A stretch of DNA of 64,000 nucleotides, taken from assembly GCA_019058315.1 (NCBI GenBank), contig JAHPZH010000004.1, positions 448,001 through 512,000 on the forward strand. The letters run 5' to 3'. The stretch comes from Candidatus Helarchaeota archaeon (lineage in GTDB: Archaea; Asgardarchaeota; Lokiarchaeia; Helarchaeales; RDOG01). The notes beneath the pieces were generated by a model that did not search any database, was not told the origin of the DNA, and saw only the letters and a list, made by a program, of their open reading frames with translations. Positions within the stretch are counted from its first letter, which is position 1. The number at the start of each line of letters is the position of its first letter. The position numbers and the translations under genes are program-made. Shown here one piece after another: positions 1 through 9,384 of this stretch.

Positions 1-2903
1 ATTTTTATAACTTTACATTAACTGCAAAGAAAAATCTAACTTTTTATGTTGCAGTAAATCCAGCAAACTTTAAAACTGAACTAATTTCAATGAATCCCAG
101 TCCTCTAATTGTTACATATATAAGCTATGATATAGAATTTTACGTTTTATTTAATATTACATCAAATCCAGGAGGAACAAATGGAACTGCATGGGCAGAT
201 TCTGTAGTATGGACTCTGAAAAGAGGAACTACAATTCTTAATTCTGGATCCTTTGAAAGGATAGAAAATTCTCAATATGATAGGGGCCTATACTTTCTTA
301 AATTAAATACAATTGATGAAGGTATTATAGACACTTCAAAAATATATATACTTCAAGTTAGAGCCTCAAAAAGTGGTTTTGGTGAACCTCAAAATCTTTA
401 TTATACTCTATCTGTAAATGAGCTTCCCACTCAATTTAGCGCTGATAGGAGTCTTGATATTCCAATAGGTAAATATTGGAAACAGAATTTAACTGTGTTG
501 TTCAACTATCAAGGTGTAATTTTAGAAGAAATTGAAATTCAAGATTCTTATCCAATAATTACTAATCATAGCGGAAGTGTAAACTTAGAGCCATATATTA
601 CATCCTTTACAAACCATTGGAATTTGACTGGTTTATTTTTTAATTTTTCAGCCATAAATACGTCTTCAGTGTTACTTCAATGGCCTGAATTTATAAAAAT
701 GAATGTTACATATGGTTCTAATAAGTATGAAGTTATTAATGGAATCAATCCAGGTTTTGGATACGTAAATATAACAAAAGAAAATTTGAATTTGTATCAA
801 AATTCATATCAATTTGGGGTTGAAGGAAATGGACTAAGCAATTATTCTGTTCAAGTTACTGCATATTTTGAACGATATTTTACTAGTTCTAAAACAATCA
901 ATTCCAATGATTCAAAAACTCAAGGAACTCTTACGATCGATGGTCCTAATGATTACAGAAATCTTGTGTACATTAAATTTGAGATCTTCGATATCAAAAA
1001 TACTAGTGATTTCATCGTTAATGCATCCGATGTTCTGATGAACATCACTATCCCTGGATATGGTGATACTTTAAACGTTATGGATACGGGGACTAATGGA
1101 CAAGGTGTCCTTGAATTATCTAATTATACTATTATTCCAATTAATTCTAGGTTTAATTTTACTATTAATAGCACTGAAATGAAAAGTTATTCAATTAATA
1201 TAACATCAGGTTTTGAGTCAACTTTTAAAAAACAAGATAATTTAGAAAGCACACAAACTAGTCAATTCTATACTATATTATACGCAAGTAGCACTATTAA
1301 TGTAACAGAACCAGTTGATTCTTGGAATCTAACAAGACTTTTAATTGAATTTACTAATCTAAATGAAACGTCAATAAACAAGACTTTTTATCCCAGTCAA
1401 GCCAATATGAGTGTATGGCATAATGGAATAAACTACATCGTATTAGATGGCGAAGTAAATGGTTCTGGATATGTAATCATTCCACTTATAAATGAAAATG
1501 GGAATAAGACTTTAGTTTTTACAATAACTACTAATCTTTCAACTTTATTTACATATGATGCACAATTTCAAAGGTCATTTAAATATCAAGAACTCCTACC
1601 CCTCTCAGATGCAGATGTATCTTGGCAATATTCGACACTATCTGGCGATATTTCGGAAATTTCTGCTGGGAACTATAATTTTACTTTAAATACAAGTGTT
1701 TTTTTACCTACATCTGAAACAAAGTTGATTCATATAGTAGCTACTAAAGAATTTTACCAAACAAATTCTAGTTCATATGTTAAACTCATTTTAAATGAGA
1801 GAGTTACTTTATTAAACAGCAGTAGACGTAATTTTTACGAAATTCAATTTTATGCATTACAAAGTGCTTTAATTTCATTTAATTACACAGATGAATTATC
1901 AGGCAACACCTTAAAATCCGATGCTTTGGGAAATGTAAGTGCTACTTTTTCCTGGTATGACTTAAATGATCCAAATAATGTATATAATGGAAATTTGACT
2001 GAAGTTGGTAACTATTTCGTACTTGATTTTGACACCGACTTAAAAAAAATAGGTAAATACGTCATTGCAGTCAATATAAAACGTGATAATTATTCCCAAC
2101 CTACTATATTGCTATTTTTAAGTATCCAACAAAGACCAATAAAAATAAATCTAGTTCCACCAGTTATAACATTACCGCAAAAAACTGCAAGTATGATTTT
2201 TATAACATTAGAAGACGAAATTTCAGGAAATACGCTAACAGGATTTGAAGTTAATTATTTTATTGACGGTATACCTATGGGTTCCTTGATTGATCAAGGG
2301 GATGGTAATTACATGCTTCCTGTTACAGCTGCGACTTTGGCTGTAGGTGGGCATTATATTCTCATATCAATGGAACATGATAATTATACGATGCCTATTT
2401 CAGCAGTAAGTTTAACCGTGACCTATGAACAAATATTTGGAATTGATGCTCCAATTTTTTACACAATAATAATTGCTGTAGCAGTTGTTATCGCTGCGTT
2501 GTCAATTTATACGGCAATAAAATCTGCTAGAATCCCATATGTGATTAAAAAAATCGATGAAACTATAAAATTTATTGAAAAAGGTAAAGATAAAATTAAT
2601 AGTCCGATAATGAAATCAAAAGAACTTATCTTTTTAGAGAAATTTGGCAGTGATTGGCAAGTATTATCCTTAGAACCACCAATAAAACCAATAAAGGTAA
2701 GAGATGAAACAATCGAAGAATTTAAGGATCTCTTATACAGCATGAAAGGTATTAAAATGACAATAAAGGAAATTGAGAATCTTAAATTAAAATTGAGAAA
2801 AATCTCAGAAAATGAAGCCACAATTCTCCTTCAATCTATGGGTATTCCGCCAGATGCTAGCGAAAAACTAATTAAATTAGCAAAAAATAATACACGAGGT
2901 TAA
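1..2903 (+). CDS. Large membrane-anchored surface glycoprotein (Ig-like/beta-rich ectodomain, one C-terminal TM helix, ~130 aa cytoplasmic tail); 5'-truncated by the window edge
   Basis: The frame is open from base 3 (FYNFTLTAKKNLTFYVAVNP...) into the 90..2903 ORF. It has many N-x-S/T sequons and a Thr/Asn-rich beta composition. The hydrophobic stretch IFYTIIIAVAVVIAALSIYTAI is followed by a basic, charged tail. Confidence 0.75.
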   Translation, partial: FYNFTLTAKKNLTFYVAVNPANFKTELISMNPSPLIVTYISYDIEFYVLFNITSNPGGTNGTAWADSVVWTLKRGTTILNSGSFERIENSQYDRGLYFLKLNTIDEGIIDTSKIYILQVRASKSGFGEPQNLYYTLSVNELPTQFSADRSLDIPIGKYWKQNLTVLFNYQGVILEEIEIQDSYPIITNHSGSVNLEPYITSFTNHWNLTGLFFNFSAINTSSVLLQWPEFIKMNVTYGSNKYEVINGINPGFGYVNITKENLNLYQNSYQFGVEGNGLSNYSVQVTAYFERYFTSSKTINSNDSKTQGTLTIDGPNDYRNLVYIKFEIFDIKNTSDFIVNASDVLMNITIPGYGDTLNVMDTGTNGQGVLELSNYTIIPINSRFNFTINSTEMKSYSINITSGFESTFKKQDNLESTQTSQFYTILYASSTINVTEPVDSWNLTRLLIEFTNLNETSINKTFYPSQANMSVWHNGINYIVLDGEVNGSGYVIIPLINENGNKTLVFTITTNLSTLFTYDAQFQRSFKYQELLPLSDADVSWQYSTLSGDISEISAGNYNFTLNTSVFLPTSETKLIHIVATKEFYQTNSSSYVKLILNERVTLLNSSRRNFYEIQFYALQSALISFNYTDELSGNTLKSDALGNVSATFSWYDLNDPNNVYNGNLTEVGNYFVLDFDTDLKKIGKYVIAVNIKRDNYSQPTILLFLSIQQRPIKINLVPPVITLPQKTASMIFITLEDEISGNTLTGFEVNYFIDGIPMGSLIDQGDGNYMLPVTAATLAVGGHYILISMEHDNYTMPISAVSLTVTYEQIFGIDAPIFYTIIIAVAVVIAALSIYTAIKSARIPYVIKKIDETIKFIEKGKDKINSPIMKSKELIFLEKFGSDWQVLSLEPPIKPIKVRDETIEEFKDLLYSMKGIKMTIKEIENLKLKLRKISENEATILLQSMGIPPDASEKLIKLAKNNTRG

Positions 2904-2906
2904 TAT

Positions 2907-3449
2907 ATGAGTGAATTTGACTTTTTATTTAAAATTATTATTGTTGGCGATGGTTTAGTAGGTAAGACTGCAATTCTCACACGTTTTATTGAGAATCGAT
3001 TTGAAGAGCACTATGCTATGACAAGAGGAGTGGACTTTGCTACAAAAATTATAAATACTAAAGGATATAAAGTAAATCTTCAAGTTTGGGATACTGGTGG
3101 TCAAGAAATATTCTCCCATATTCGCCCACTTTTTTATAAAGGTGCGGCAGCATCCATTAATGTGTTTGATTTAGCCAATCGTGAGAGTTTTGAAAACCTT
3201 CCTAAATGGATTGAGGAAGTTAAAAAAAAGTGTGGTGATATTCCTTTTATACTTGTTGGTAATAAATCCGACTTATCCAATCGAGCTATGGAAAATAAAG
3301 AAATAAATGATTTCTCTAAAAAAATGGGGATGAATTATCTAGAAACTTCCGCTAAAACTGGAAGTAATGTTTATGACTTATTTACCAAATTAAGTGAAAT
3401 GCTTCTAAATTCCGAAATAATTATATTAAAGAGGAAATCCCGTGATTAA
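2907..3449 (+). CDS. Rab-like small GTPase
   Basis: G1 GDGLVGKT, G2 T in YAMTRGVDF, G3 WDTGGQE, G4 NKSD, G5 ETSAK; no C-terminal Cys prenylation motif. Confidence 0.92.
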   Translation: MSEFDFLFKIIIVGDGLVGKTAILTRFIENRFEEHYAMTRGVDFATKIINTKGYKVNLQVWDTGGQEIFSHIRPLFYKGAAASINVFDLANRESFENLPKWIEEVKKKCGDIPFILVGNKSDLSNRAMENKEINDFSKKMGMNYLETSAKTGSNVYDLFTKLSEMLLNSEIIILKRKSRD

Positions 3450-3918
3450 TAGCATTCACATTATTTTAAATTCGGGGATACTAATTTTTAATAAATCATT
3501 TAAGGAGGAGGTATCATTTTTTAATTCTAAAGAATTTCTAATATCCGGATTATTTACTGCAATAAAACAATTAGTTCATGAAACATTAAAAGATGATTTG
3601 CAGGAATTAATACTTCAAAATCAAAAAATTTTCTTTACTTTTCATGAAAACTATTTCATCGTTCTTATTACACGATTTGATGCAGATAGTGAAAATATTA
3701 AAGAAATTTTAGCTGAAATAGATCAAAATTTTTCTGAAAAATACGATTTAAGTGATTATAAGGGAAGTATTGATGAATATTTTGATTTTGAACACATTGT
3801 AATTGGTATAATTGAAAAATATAAAACAAAAGAAATGAAATTAGCTGAAATCTATCAAAATATTATTAGTAAAAATATCAAATTATCAAAATTAAAAAAA
3901 AAGAGGTTTAATCAATGA
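3442..3918 (+). CDS. Longin-domain protein (Asgard type)
   Basis: Pattern IHII..SGILIF....., LISGLFTAI..L...., beta-strands, then a helix ending F.EKY. GTG start overlaps the Rab stop, and the gene sits between two GTPases. Confidence 0.7.
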   Translation: MINSIHIILNSGILIFNKSFKEEVSFFNSKEFLISGLFTAIKQLVHETLKDDLQELILQNQKIFFTFHENYFIVLITRFDADSENIKEILAEIDQNFSEKYDLSDYKGSIDEYFDFEHIVIGIIEKYKTKEMKLAEIYQNIISKNIKLSKLKKKRFNQ

Positions 3919-4871
3919 ATGAAAGTACAAAATTAGCCATTATAGGATTATCAAAAGCTGGTAAAACGTCAATTTATAGGCGTTGTTTTGAAAGACATAA
4001 CCTTAAAGATATTGAACAAACACCTCCAACCATTATGATTGCCCAAAATTTAATTAATCTAGGACATATTTCGAAAGGAATTAGTATATGGGATTTCGGA
4101 GGTCAAAAAACATTTCGAGACGCATATTTGCTTAATCCAGATTATTTTTCTCACACAAAGATAATTCTCTTTGTTGTAGATATATTAGCAAATGGTGATT
4201 TTTCAGAGGAAAAAGAATACTTCAGTTCTATCATAAAAATTTTTGAAGATTTAAAAATTGAAAGAAATCTAGAAAAACCAAAGATTTTTGTATTTTTACA
4301 TAAGTGTGATCCTGATAAAAAAAATAAAAATAATGAGCAAATTGCCAAAAGTATAATAGAAATGTCCCAAATTTTTGGTAGTGAAGTTCCTTATTTTATG
4401 ACTTCGATCTATGATGATTCTGCATGTAGATCATTAAATAATATCTTATTTTTCTCCCTTCCAGAAGAAATTATTAACCAAGTTTTTATGAGAGAATTCT
4501 TTGATGATATTAAAAAGGTAATTTCAGAAAAAATCAAGGAAACTCCTCAGCTCCAAATAACTGAAGTTTCTAAAGTTTTTGGAGATTTATTGGGGAGGAA
4601 ATTGCATGATTTATGGATTAACGCACCTTTAGAAAAAATTGAGGAGGTAGAAAGTAAATCATTAAAATCTATAATAACTGTTAGTGAAAAAGATCATAAT
4701 TACTTTAAAATGAGATGTCCTTATTATAATATTGAAAAAAAATGTTCCGAAGAAGATTGCATAATAGTCCATGGCTTTATTGCCGGAATTTTGACCTCAT
4801 TAAATTTGAGTAAAAGAAGTCTGAATATCAAACGAATTGAAGAAAATGGTGATTGCTATTTTATTTTTTAG
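3915..4871 (+). CDS. Rag/Arf-like small GTPase with C-terminal V4R-like Cys/His domain
   Basis: G1 GLSKAGKT, PPT, WDFGGQ, HKCD, TSIYD (Rag/Gtr-like G4/G5). C-terminal RCPY...C....C..VHGFIAGIL...E.GDCYF resembles V4R. ATGA overlap with the upstream gene. Confidence 0.78.
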   Translation: MNESTKLAIIGLSKAGKTSIYRRCFERHNLKDIEQTPPTIMIAQNLINLGHISKGISIWDFGGQKTFRDAYLLNPDYFSHTKIILFVVDILANGDFSEEKEYFSSIIKIFEDLKIERNLEKPKIFVFLHKCDPDKKNKNNEQIAKSIIEMSQIFGSEVPYFMTSIYDDSACRSLNNILFFSLPEEIINQVFMREFFDDIKKVISEKIKETPQLQITEVSKVFGDLLGRKLHDLWINAPLEKIEEVESKSLKSIITVSEKDHNYFKMRCPYYNIEKKCSEEDCIIVHGFIAGILTSLNLSKRSLNIKRIEENGDCYFIF

Positions 4872-4965
4872 TATTTTTACTTTATTTTGTACCTGAAAAT
4901 AAATAAAAAGCTAAAAAAGAGTAGAAATGATTCTATGAATATTTTAAAATAGAATAAAAATAGAA

Positions 4966-6015
4966 TTGATTAAAAAAGGGAGCATTGTGGATAAAGAAAT
5001 AATTAATGGTCTGATTTACACGAAATTCGATCCCAGAATTGGACCAAAAGCATTCATCTCGGTTCCCGCAGATCTGTCTGAAGAGATAAAATCTCTAATT
5101 AGTGTAAAATCGCTTACAATATTTTCTGGGGAAAAAGATGCCATTCCAAAATCATTAGCCATGATTCCATTTCCCTCCTTGGATATGAAAGGGTTGACCA
5201 AATGTTTGAGAATAGTAGACGAAACACAAAGAGGGGGAATTATCGACTGCGCAATTACATTAATTTTTGATGAAGGTAATGATATCATATTTTATAAATA
5301 TATGAAGAATTTTGAGGCAATTTTTAAAGAAGCTACAGATAATATAATTAAATTAGAAGATTTAAAAGCAGATAAAGTAAAAATTTCGAAACAAATTGAT
5401 AAATTATATATTGATTTAATTAAAATTTTAAATGAATTACGTGATGGAGAAATTTTATCTCAAGAGAAAGAAGTTCTAAAAAAAATTATCAATGAAGAAA
5501 ATGTAAATAATTATAGATTTAAAATAATAGTTTGTGGGGATATTTCAGTAGGAAAAACTTCAATCGTTATGTCTTTTACTGATAACATTTTTGCAAGATC
5601 ATACAAACCAACTATAGGAGTCAATGTTTGTGAAAAACAAGTTCTTTATGAAAATAATAAAATTCAATTTTTAATATGGGATATTGCAGGACATAGCAGA
5701 TTTGAAACAATGAGAAAACATTTCTATATAGGTACAAATGGAATATTTTTGGTATTTGACTTGACAAACATTGAATCTTTTCATAATCTTTCTGTTTGGT
5801 ACCAAGATATTAAAAAACATATAAAAAATAATATCCATGGAATAATAATTGGAAACAAGAAAGATTTGAAGGATCAAAGAAAATTAAAAAAGGAAGAAAT
5901 ATTACAGTACGCAAAAAAGATAAATTTTGAATATATAGAAACTTCAGCATTAACTGGAGAAAATATTGAGGAAGCTTTTAGTAAAATTGGTAAAGAATTG
6001 TCCAAATTTTCTTAA
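4966..6015 (+). CDS. uDENN/longin-like N-terminal domain fused to Rab-like GTPase (likely true start GTG 4987)
   Basis: N-terminal GLIYTKFDPRIGPK and DETQRGG..AITLIF motifs. C-terminal GDISVGKT, YKPTIGV, WDIAGH, NKKD, ETSAL. GGGAG lies 4 nt before GTG 4987. Confidence 0.8.
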   Translation: MIKKGSIVDKEIINGLIYTKFDPRIGPKAFISVPADLSEEIKSLISVKSLTIFSGEKDAIPKSLAMIPFPSLDMKGLTKCLRIVDETQRGGIIDCAITLIFDEGNDIIFYKYMKNFEAIFKEATDNIIKLEDLKADKVKISKQIDKLYIDLIKILNELRDGEILSQEKEVLKKIINEENVNNYRFKIIVCGDISVGKTSIVMSFTDNIFARSYKPTIGVNVCEKQVLYENNKIQFLIWDIAGHSRFETMRKHFYIGTNGIFLVFDLTNIESFHNLSVWYQDIKKHIKNNIHGIIIGNKKDLKDQRKLKKEEILQYAKKINFEYIETSALTGENIEEAFSKIGKELSKFS

Positions 6016-6046
6016 TGAAAAAAATAAAAAATATTTATATTGTTTT

Positions 6047-7240
6047 CTATTCTGCTTTTCGTAATTTAAGTACAGATTTTAGTTCATCCTTTAATTCCGA
6101 TCTTATAGTCTTAACTTGTCCTAAATCATCCAAACTTCTGATAACTTCATATTTATTTCTTGCAATTGCTGATTTATTTTGCATTACCCCTTTCATATTA
6201 TCAACCCATTCTCTAATATTTTCAACTAACCCCTCTAAATTAATAAAACGTTCTTCAATAGAAGCACTTAAATTAATTATTATATTCAAAACACGCTCTA
6301 TTGAATTTCCCAAGTGTTTAGTTATATCCTCTTTTTCTTCTAATGGTGGTTTTAGACAATTTCGAATTTCAGAAATTACATTCTTATTTGCTCCCAAATA
6401 ATTATAAATGCTGTATGTAGACATTTCATATTTTAAATCCGTTTTTTCAAACAGTCCAACAATTTGCGTTGCTAATTTTTGAATAGAGTCTTGTATTTCC
6501 TTATTCTCTTTAATATCTGGGTCAACTTTATGTAACAATATTAAAAATTCTGGATTTTCTTTAAAATCAATAATTGTTTTTAAAATATCTTCTAAATATT
6601 TTATAGCGCTTGAATATTTCTCAGGTTCTTGAATATCTATTACGAAAATTAAAAGATCAATATTCGTAAAATATTTTTCAGCATTTTGGAGATATTCATT
6701 TCGAAATTGTATTTGACCACCCATATCCCAAAAAATTAGATCACTATCTAATTTATTGATTTTAACCCTTTCTACTCCCATTGTAGGTGGTAATTTACGA
6801 AGAATGTCAAGCTTAACATTATCTTGTAAAAAGTGTAAAAGGGTGGTTTTTCCTGCATTATCCAATCCGACAATTAAGATTTTCTTTAGATCATAAATCT
6901 CTTGAACTTTTTCGGATTCTTCTTCTTTTTCAATTCCTTCGGTCTCCTTTGGCTCAGGGGCTCTAAGCGCGTTTATTTTCTTTGCAATATAAACCCATTT
7001 ACTAAATCGATATTTTTTAATGCCCAAAGTCCTCAATTTTAAAATTTCATCATGTTTTACTTGTTTATCTGATAATTCTGCAATAGTTGAAATATCTAAA
7101 ACTTTTTGTAGATTTTGGAATGTTTTTTTACCAATTCCCTTAATGTGTGTTAAATCTAAATCCTTAAGTTCCTCTAAATTCGAAATTTCCTTGGGTATAT
7201 CTATTACTTCTTTTATATTATATGGTACTGATTTTATAAT
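6047..7240 (-). CDS. HhH (DUF4332-like) domain + Arf/Rag-like GTPase + C-terminal coiled coil; start extended to ATT 7240
   Basis: GLDNAGKT, PPT, WDMGGQ, HKVD, YSIY. The frame stays open upstream of TTG 7036 to ATT 7240 (GAGGTGA 5 nt upstream, in-frame TAA just before). The extension encodes DLTHIKGIGKKTFQNL..ISTIAEL, which aligns with the N-terminus of paralog 52465..53646. Confidence 0.8.
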   Translation of the reverse strand: MIKSVPYNIKEVIDIPKEISNLEELKDLDLTHIKGIGKKTFQNLQKVLDISTIAELSDKQVKHDEILKLRTLGIKKYRFSKWVYIAKKINALRAPEPKETEGIEKEEESEKVQEIYDLKKILIVGLDNAGKTTLLHFLQDNVKLDILRKLPPTMGVERVKINKLDSDLIFWDMGGQIQFRNEYLQNAEKYFTNIDLLIFVIDIQEPEKYSSAIKYLEDILKTIIDFKENPEFLILLHKVDPDIKENKEIQDSIQKLATQIVGLFEKTDLKYEMSTYSIYNYLGANKNVISEIRNCLKPPLEEKEDITKHLGNSIERVLNIIINLSASIEERFINLEGLVENIREWVDNMKGVMQNKSAIARNKYEVIRSLDDLGQVKTIRSELKDELKSVLKLRKAE

Positions 7241-7264
7241 TTAAATCACCTCTTATTCTTATTT

Positions 7265-7771
7265 TCAGCCGAATTTTAATAGCGAGCCCAATTCTTCAAA
7301 TACCTCTCTAATATTCCTATTTAATAAAGCAGAAGTCTCAAAAAATGCTTTAGCCCTTATTTTCTTTTGAAGTTCTTTGCCTTCTTCATATGAAACTTGT
7401 CGTTCCCCATCTAAATCTGCTTTATTTCCCACAAGAATGAATGGTATTTTTTTCTTCAAACTTTTTCTAATATCCTCTTCCCAATTCATAATATCCTCAT
7501 AAGTATAACTACGAGTAACATCATAAATTAAAATACAACCATCAGTTTGAGTATAGTATTTATTCCAAGACTCTCTTAAAAGAATTTGTCCTCCTAGATC
7601 CCAGATTCTTAATCCTATTTTATTTTTTTTCACATCAATTATTTTATAACCAACATTTACAACTAACGTAGGACGATACGAAACATCAACCAGCTCTCCC
7701 GTAATTGCTCTAAAACAGGTAGTTTTTCCTACTGCATCAGAACCAAGCAAGAGAATTTTATATTCTTTCAT
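7265..7771 (-). CDS. Small GTPase, Rab-like with Arf-like switch II
   Basis: GSDAVGKT, YRPT, WDLGGQ..LRESW..YY, NKAD, ETSAL; AGGTGA RBS upstream. Confidence 0.9.
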   Translation of the reverse strand: MKEYKILLLGSDAVGKTTCFRAITGELVDVSYRPTLVVNVGYKIIDVKKNKIGLRIWDLGGQILLRESWNKYYTQTDGCILIYDVTRSYTYEDIMNWEEDIRKSLKKKIPFILVGNKADLDGERQVSYEEGKELQKKIRAKAFFETSALLNRNIREVFEELGSLLKFG

Positions 7772-7783
7772 ATTTCATCACCT

Positions 7784-8305
7784 TTATTTTTGAATATGAT
7801 CTGTGATTTTCAAGATAAGATTTTCAATCTGAATAAGACGTTTATCAATAGTCTTGATAAAATTGTTAAAAATATTTAAAAAAACATCAAATCTATCCTC
7901 AAAAGATCCAATTTGGACTGGATATGGATTATTAAGCTCAGGATTTTCGTGGTTTATTTTAAAATAATCCTCAAATTCCTCTTTTGTTTTAATTATATCT
8001 ATCCTACTTCCCAAAATATTATAAAAAAATTCAATAAGTGGTAATTTGAAGACTCTACCATTCTCAGTTTTATTTAACAATAGTATTGCCATATCTTTAC
8101 TATTTTCACCACCAAAAAAAGAAGCTATATTGAAATCTTCAGAACTATAAACGGAAAACCTTGGAATGATCATATTTCCTAAAGTTTGACTTGAATATAT
8201 GCACATAATATCTTTTATGCTTACTTCTAATGTTTCCGGATATTGCCAGTCCACCAATATCCCTGTTCTATCATTCCATTTAATCCATATAATTCCTTTA
8301 GGAAT
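7784..8305 (-). CDS. Stand-alone uDENN/longin-like protein with C-terminal coiled coil; start extended to ATT 8305
   Basis: Extension to ATT 8305 (GGGGTG 5 nt upstream) gives (M)PKGIIWIKWNDRTGILVDWQYP, matching paralog 57357 MPKGVLWLKWNFKDGVVIDWKFP. Both share IPRF, NIASFFGG and TIDKRLIQIE. Confidence 0.7.
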   Translation of the reverse strand: MPKGIIWIKWNDRTGILVDWQYPETLEVSIKDIMCIYSSQTLGNMIIPRFSVYSSEDFNIASFFGGENSKDMAILLLNKTENGRVFKLPLIEFFYNILGSRIDIIKTKEEFEDYFKINHENPELNNPYPVQIGSFEDRFDVFLNIFNNFIKTIDKRLIQIENLILKITDHIQK

Positions 8306-8452
8306 AAGAACACCCCTTTTGAATCGATTTTATGATTTTTGTAGAATTTGTATACACCATTTTCTCTTTTTTAAGAGTGAAAGATAAATGAAAGTGATTG
8401 AATGAATTGATGAATTTAAAGAAAGGTGTATATCCTTTGAATTTGAAATCCT

Positions 8453-9352
8453 TTAAATCTGAACCATTGGAGTTGATAAAATCTCTGAGATAACTTTCCA
8501 ATATTTTTTTACATCCCAATCTTTTCCTTCCTTTATAATATTTGAAATTTCTTTATATATTTTCCGTATTTTTAAAGATTCAAAATAATTTATCTTTGGG
8601 GCAATTACTGTTAGCATGAAACGTCTATATCCTCCTCTTACATCCTCATCCAGGATTGAATCGAAATAAATGTATCCATCTCTATGGATATTTTCTATAT
8701 TTAACAAAATCCCCTGAGCTGTATTAAGATTTTCTTGCCCATAGATAGATGCAGTGGCAATGAATAACTGAGGACCAACACTTTGAATCGTAAGTTTAAT
8801 TTCCATCTCCATGGGATAAAATGACATCAATTGAGGACCAACTTTTTCATCCCATAAAAAATAAGATAATGAAACTTCATCTTTTTCTTCCTCTGTTATA
8901 GAAGGTGCCAAATCTATTTTCAATGAAGTAAGAGTTTTACTTATTTCTTTAATTATGGACTTAACTTTATTATTACGGTTAATTTTTCCCTTAATACTCG
9001 CAAGAAGGTCTTCTTCTTTAAAGGGTTTTGTTATGTAATCATCTACCCCAAGTATTTTTCCAAGACGAATATCATCTGGTGTGGAGCGAGCAGTTAGAAA
9101 TATAAAGGGTATGTTACTCCAAATTGGATTTTCAGCAACTTTCTTAAAAAAATCATAACCATTCATTTCAGGCATCATTATATCGCTAATTATAATGTCA
9201 GGAAGCTTTTGTAAACCGTTAAGAATCTTAATGGCATTATTTCCATTTTTAGCGGTAATAACTTTAAAATTATTAAATTCTAATGTCATTTTCAAGTTCG
9301 CCAATATTCCAATATTATCTTCAACAACCATTATCAGAGATTTCAACTTCAT
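8453..9352 (-). CDS. Response regulator: receiver domain fused to uDENN/longin-like domain
   Basis: REC motifs VVEDN, ISDIMMP, FLTA, KPF. C-terminal LSYFLWDEKVGPQL...P and DEDVRGG.RRFMLTVI resemble the N-terminal domain of 4966..6015. Confidence 0.8.
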   Translation of the reverse strand: MKLKSLIMVVEDNIGILANLKMTLEFNNFKVITAKNGNNAIKILNGLQKLPDIIISDIMMPEMNGYDFFKKVAENPIWSNIPFIFLTARSTPDDIRLGKILGVDDYITKPFKEEDLLASIKGKINRNNKVKSIIKEISKTLTSLKIDLAPSITEEEKDEVSLSYFLWDEKVGPQLMSFYPMEMEIKLTIQSVGPQLFIATASIYGQENLNTAQGILLNIENIHRDGYIYFDSILDEDVRGGYRRFMLTVIAPKINYFESLKIRKIYKEISNIIKEGKDWDVKKYWKVISEILSTPMVQI

Positions 9353-9384
9353 TCACCAGTTTTTCATTTTATTATTGATTTGAA

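Noticed and set aside
8298-8519. 73-aa ORF bridging REC-uDENN and uDENN-like genes
   Set aside because: It overlaps both neighbours out of frame and has low-complexity AT-driven composition. The gap more likely holds a promoter.
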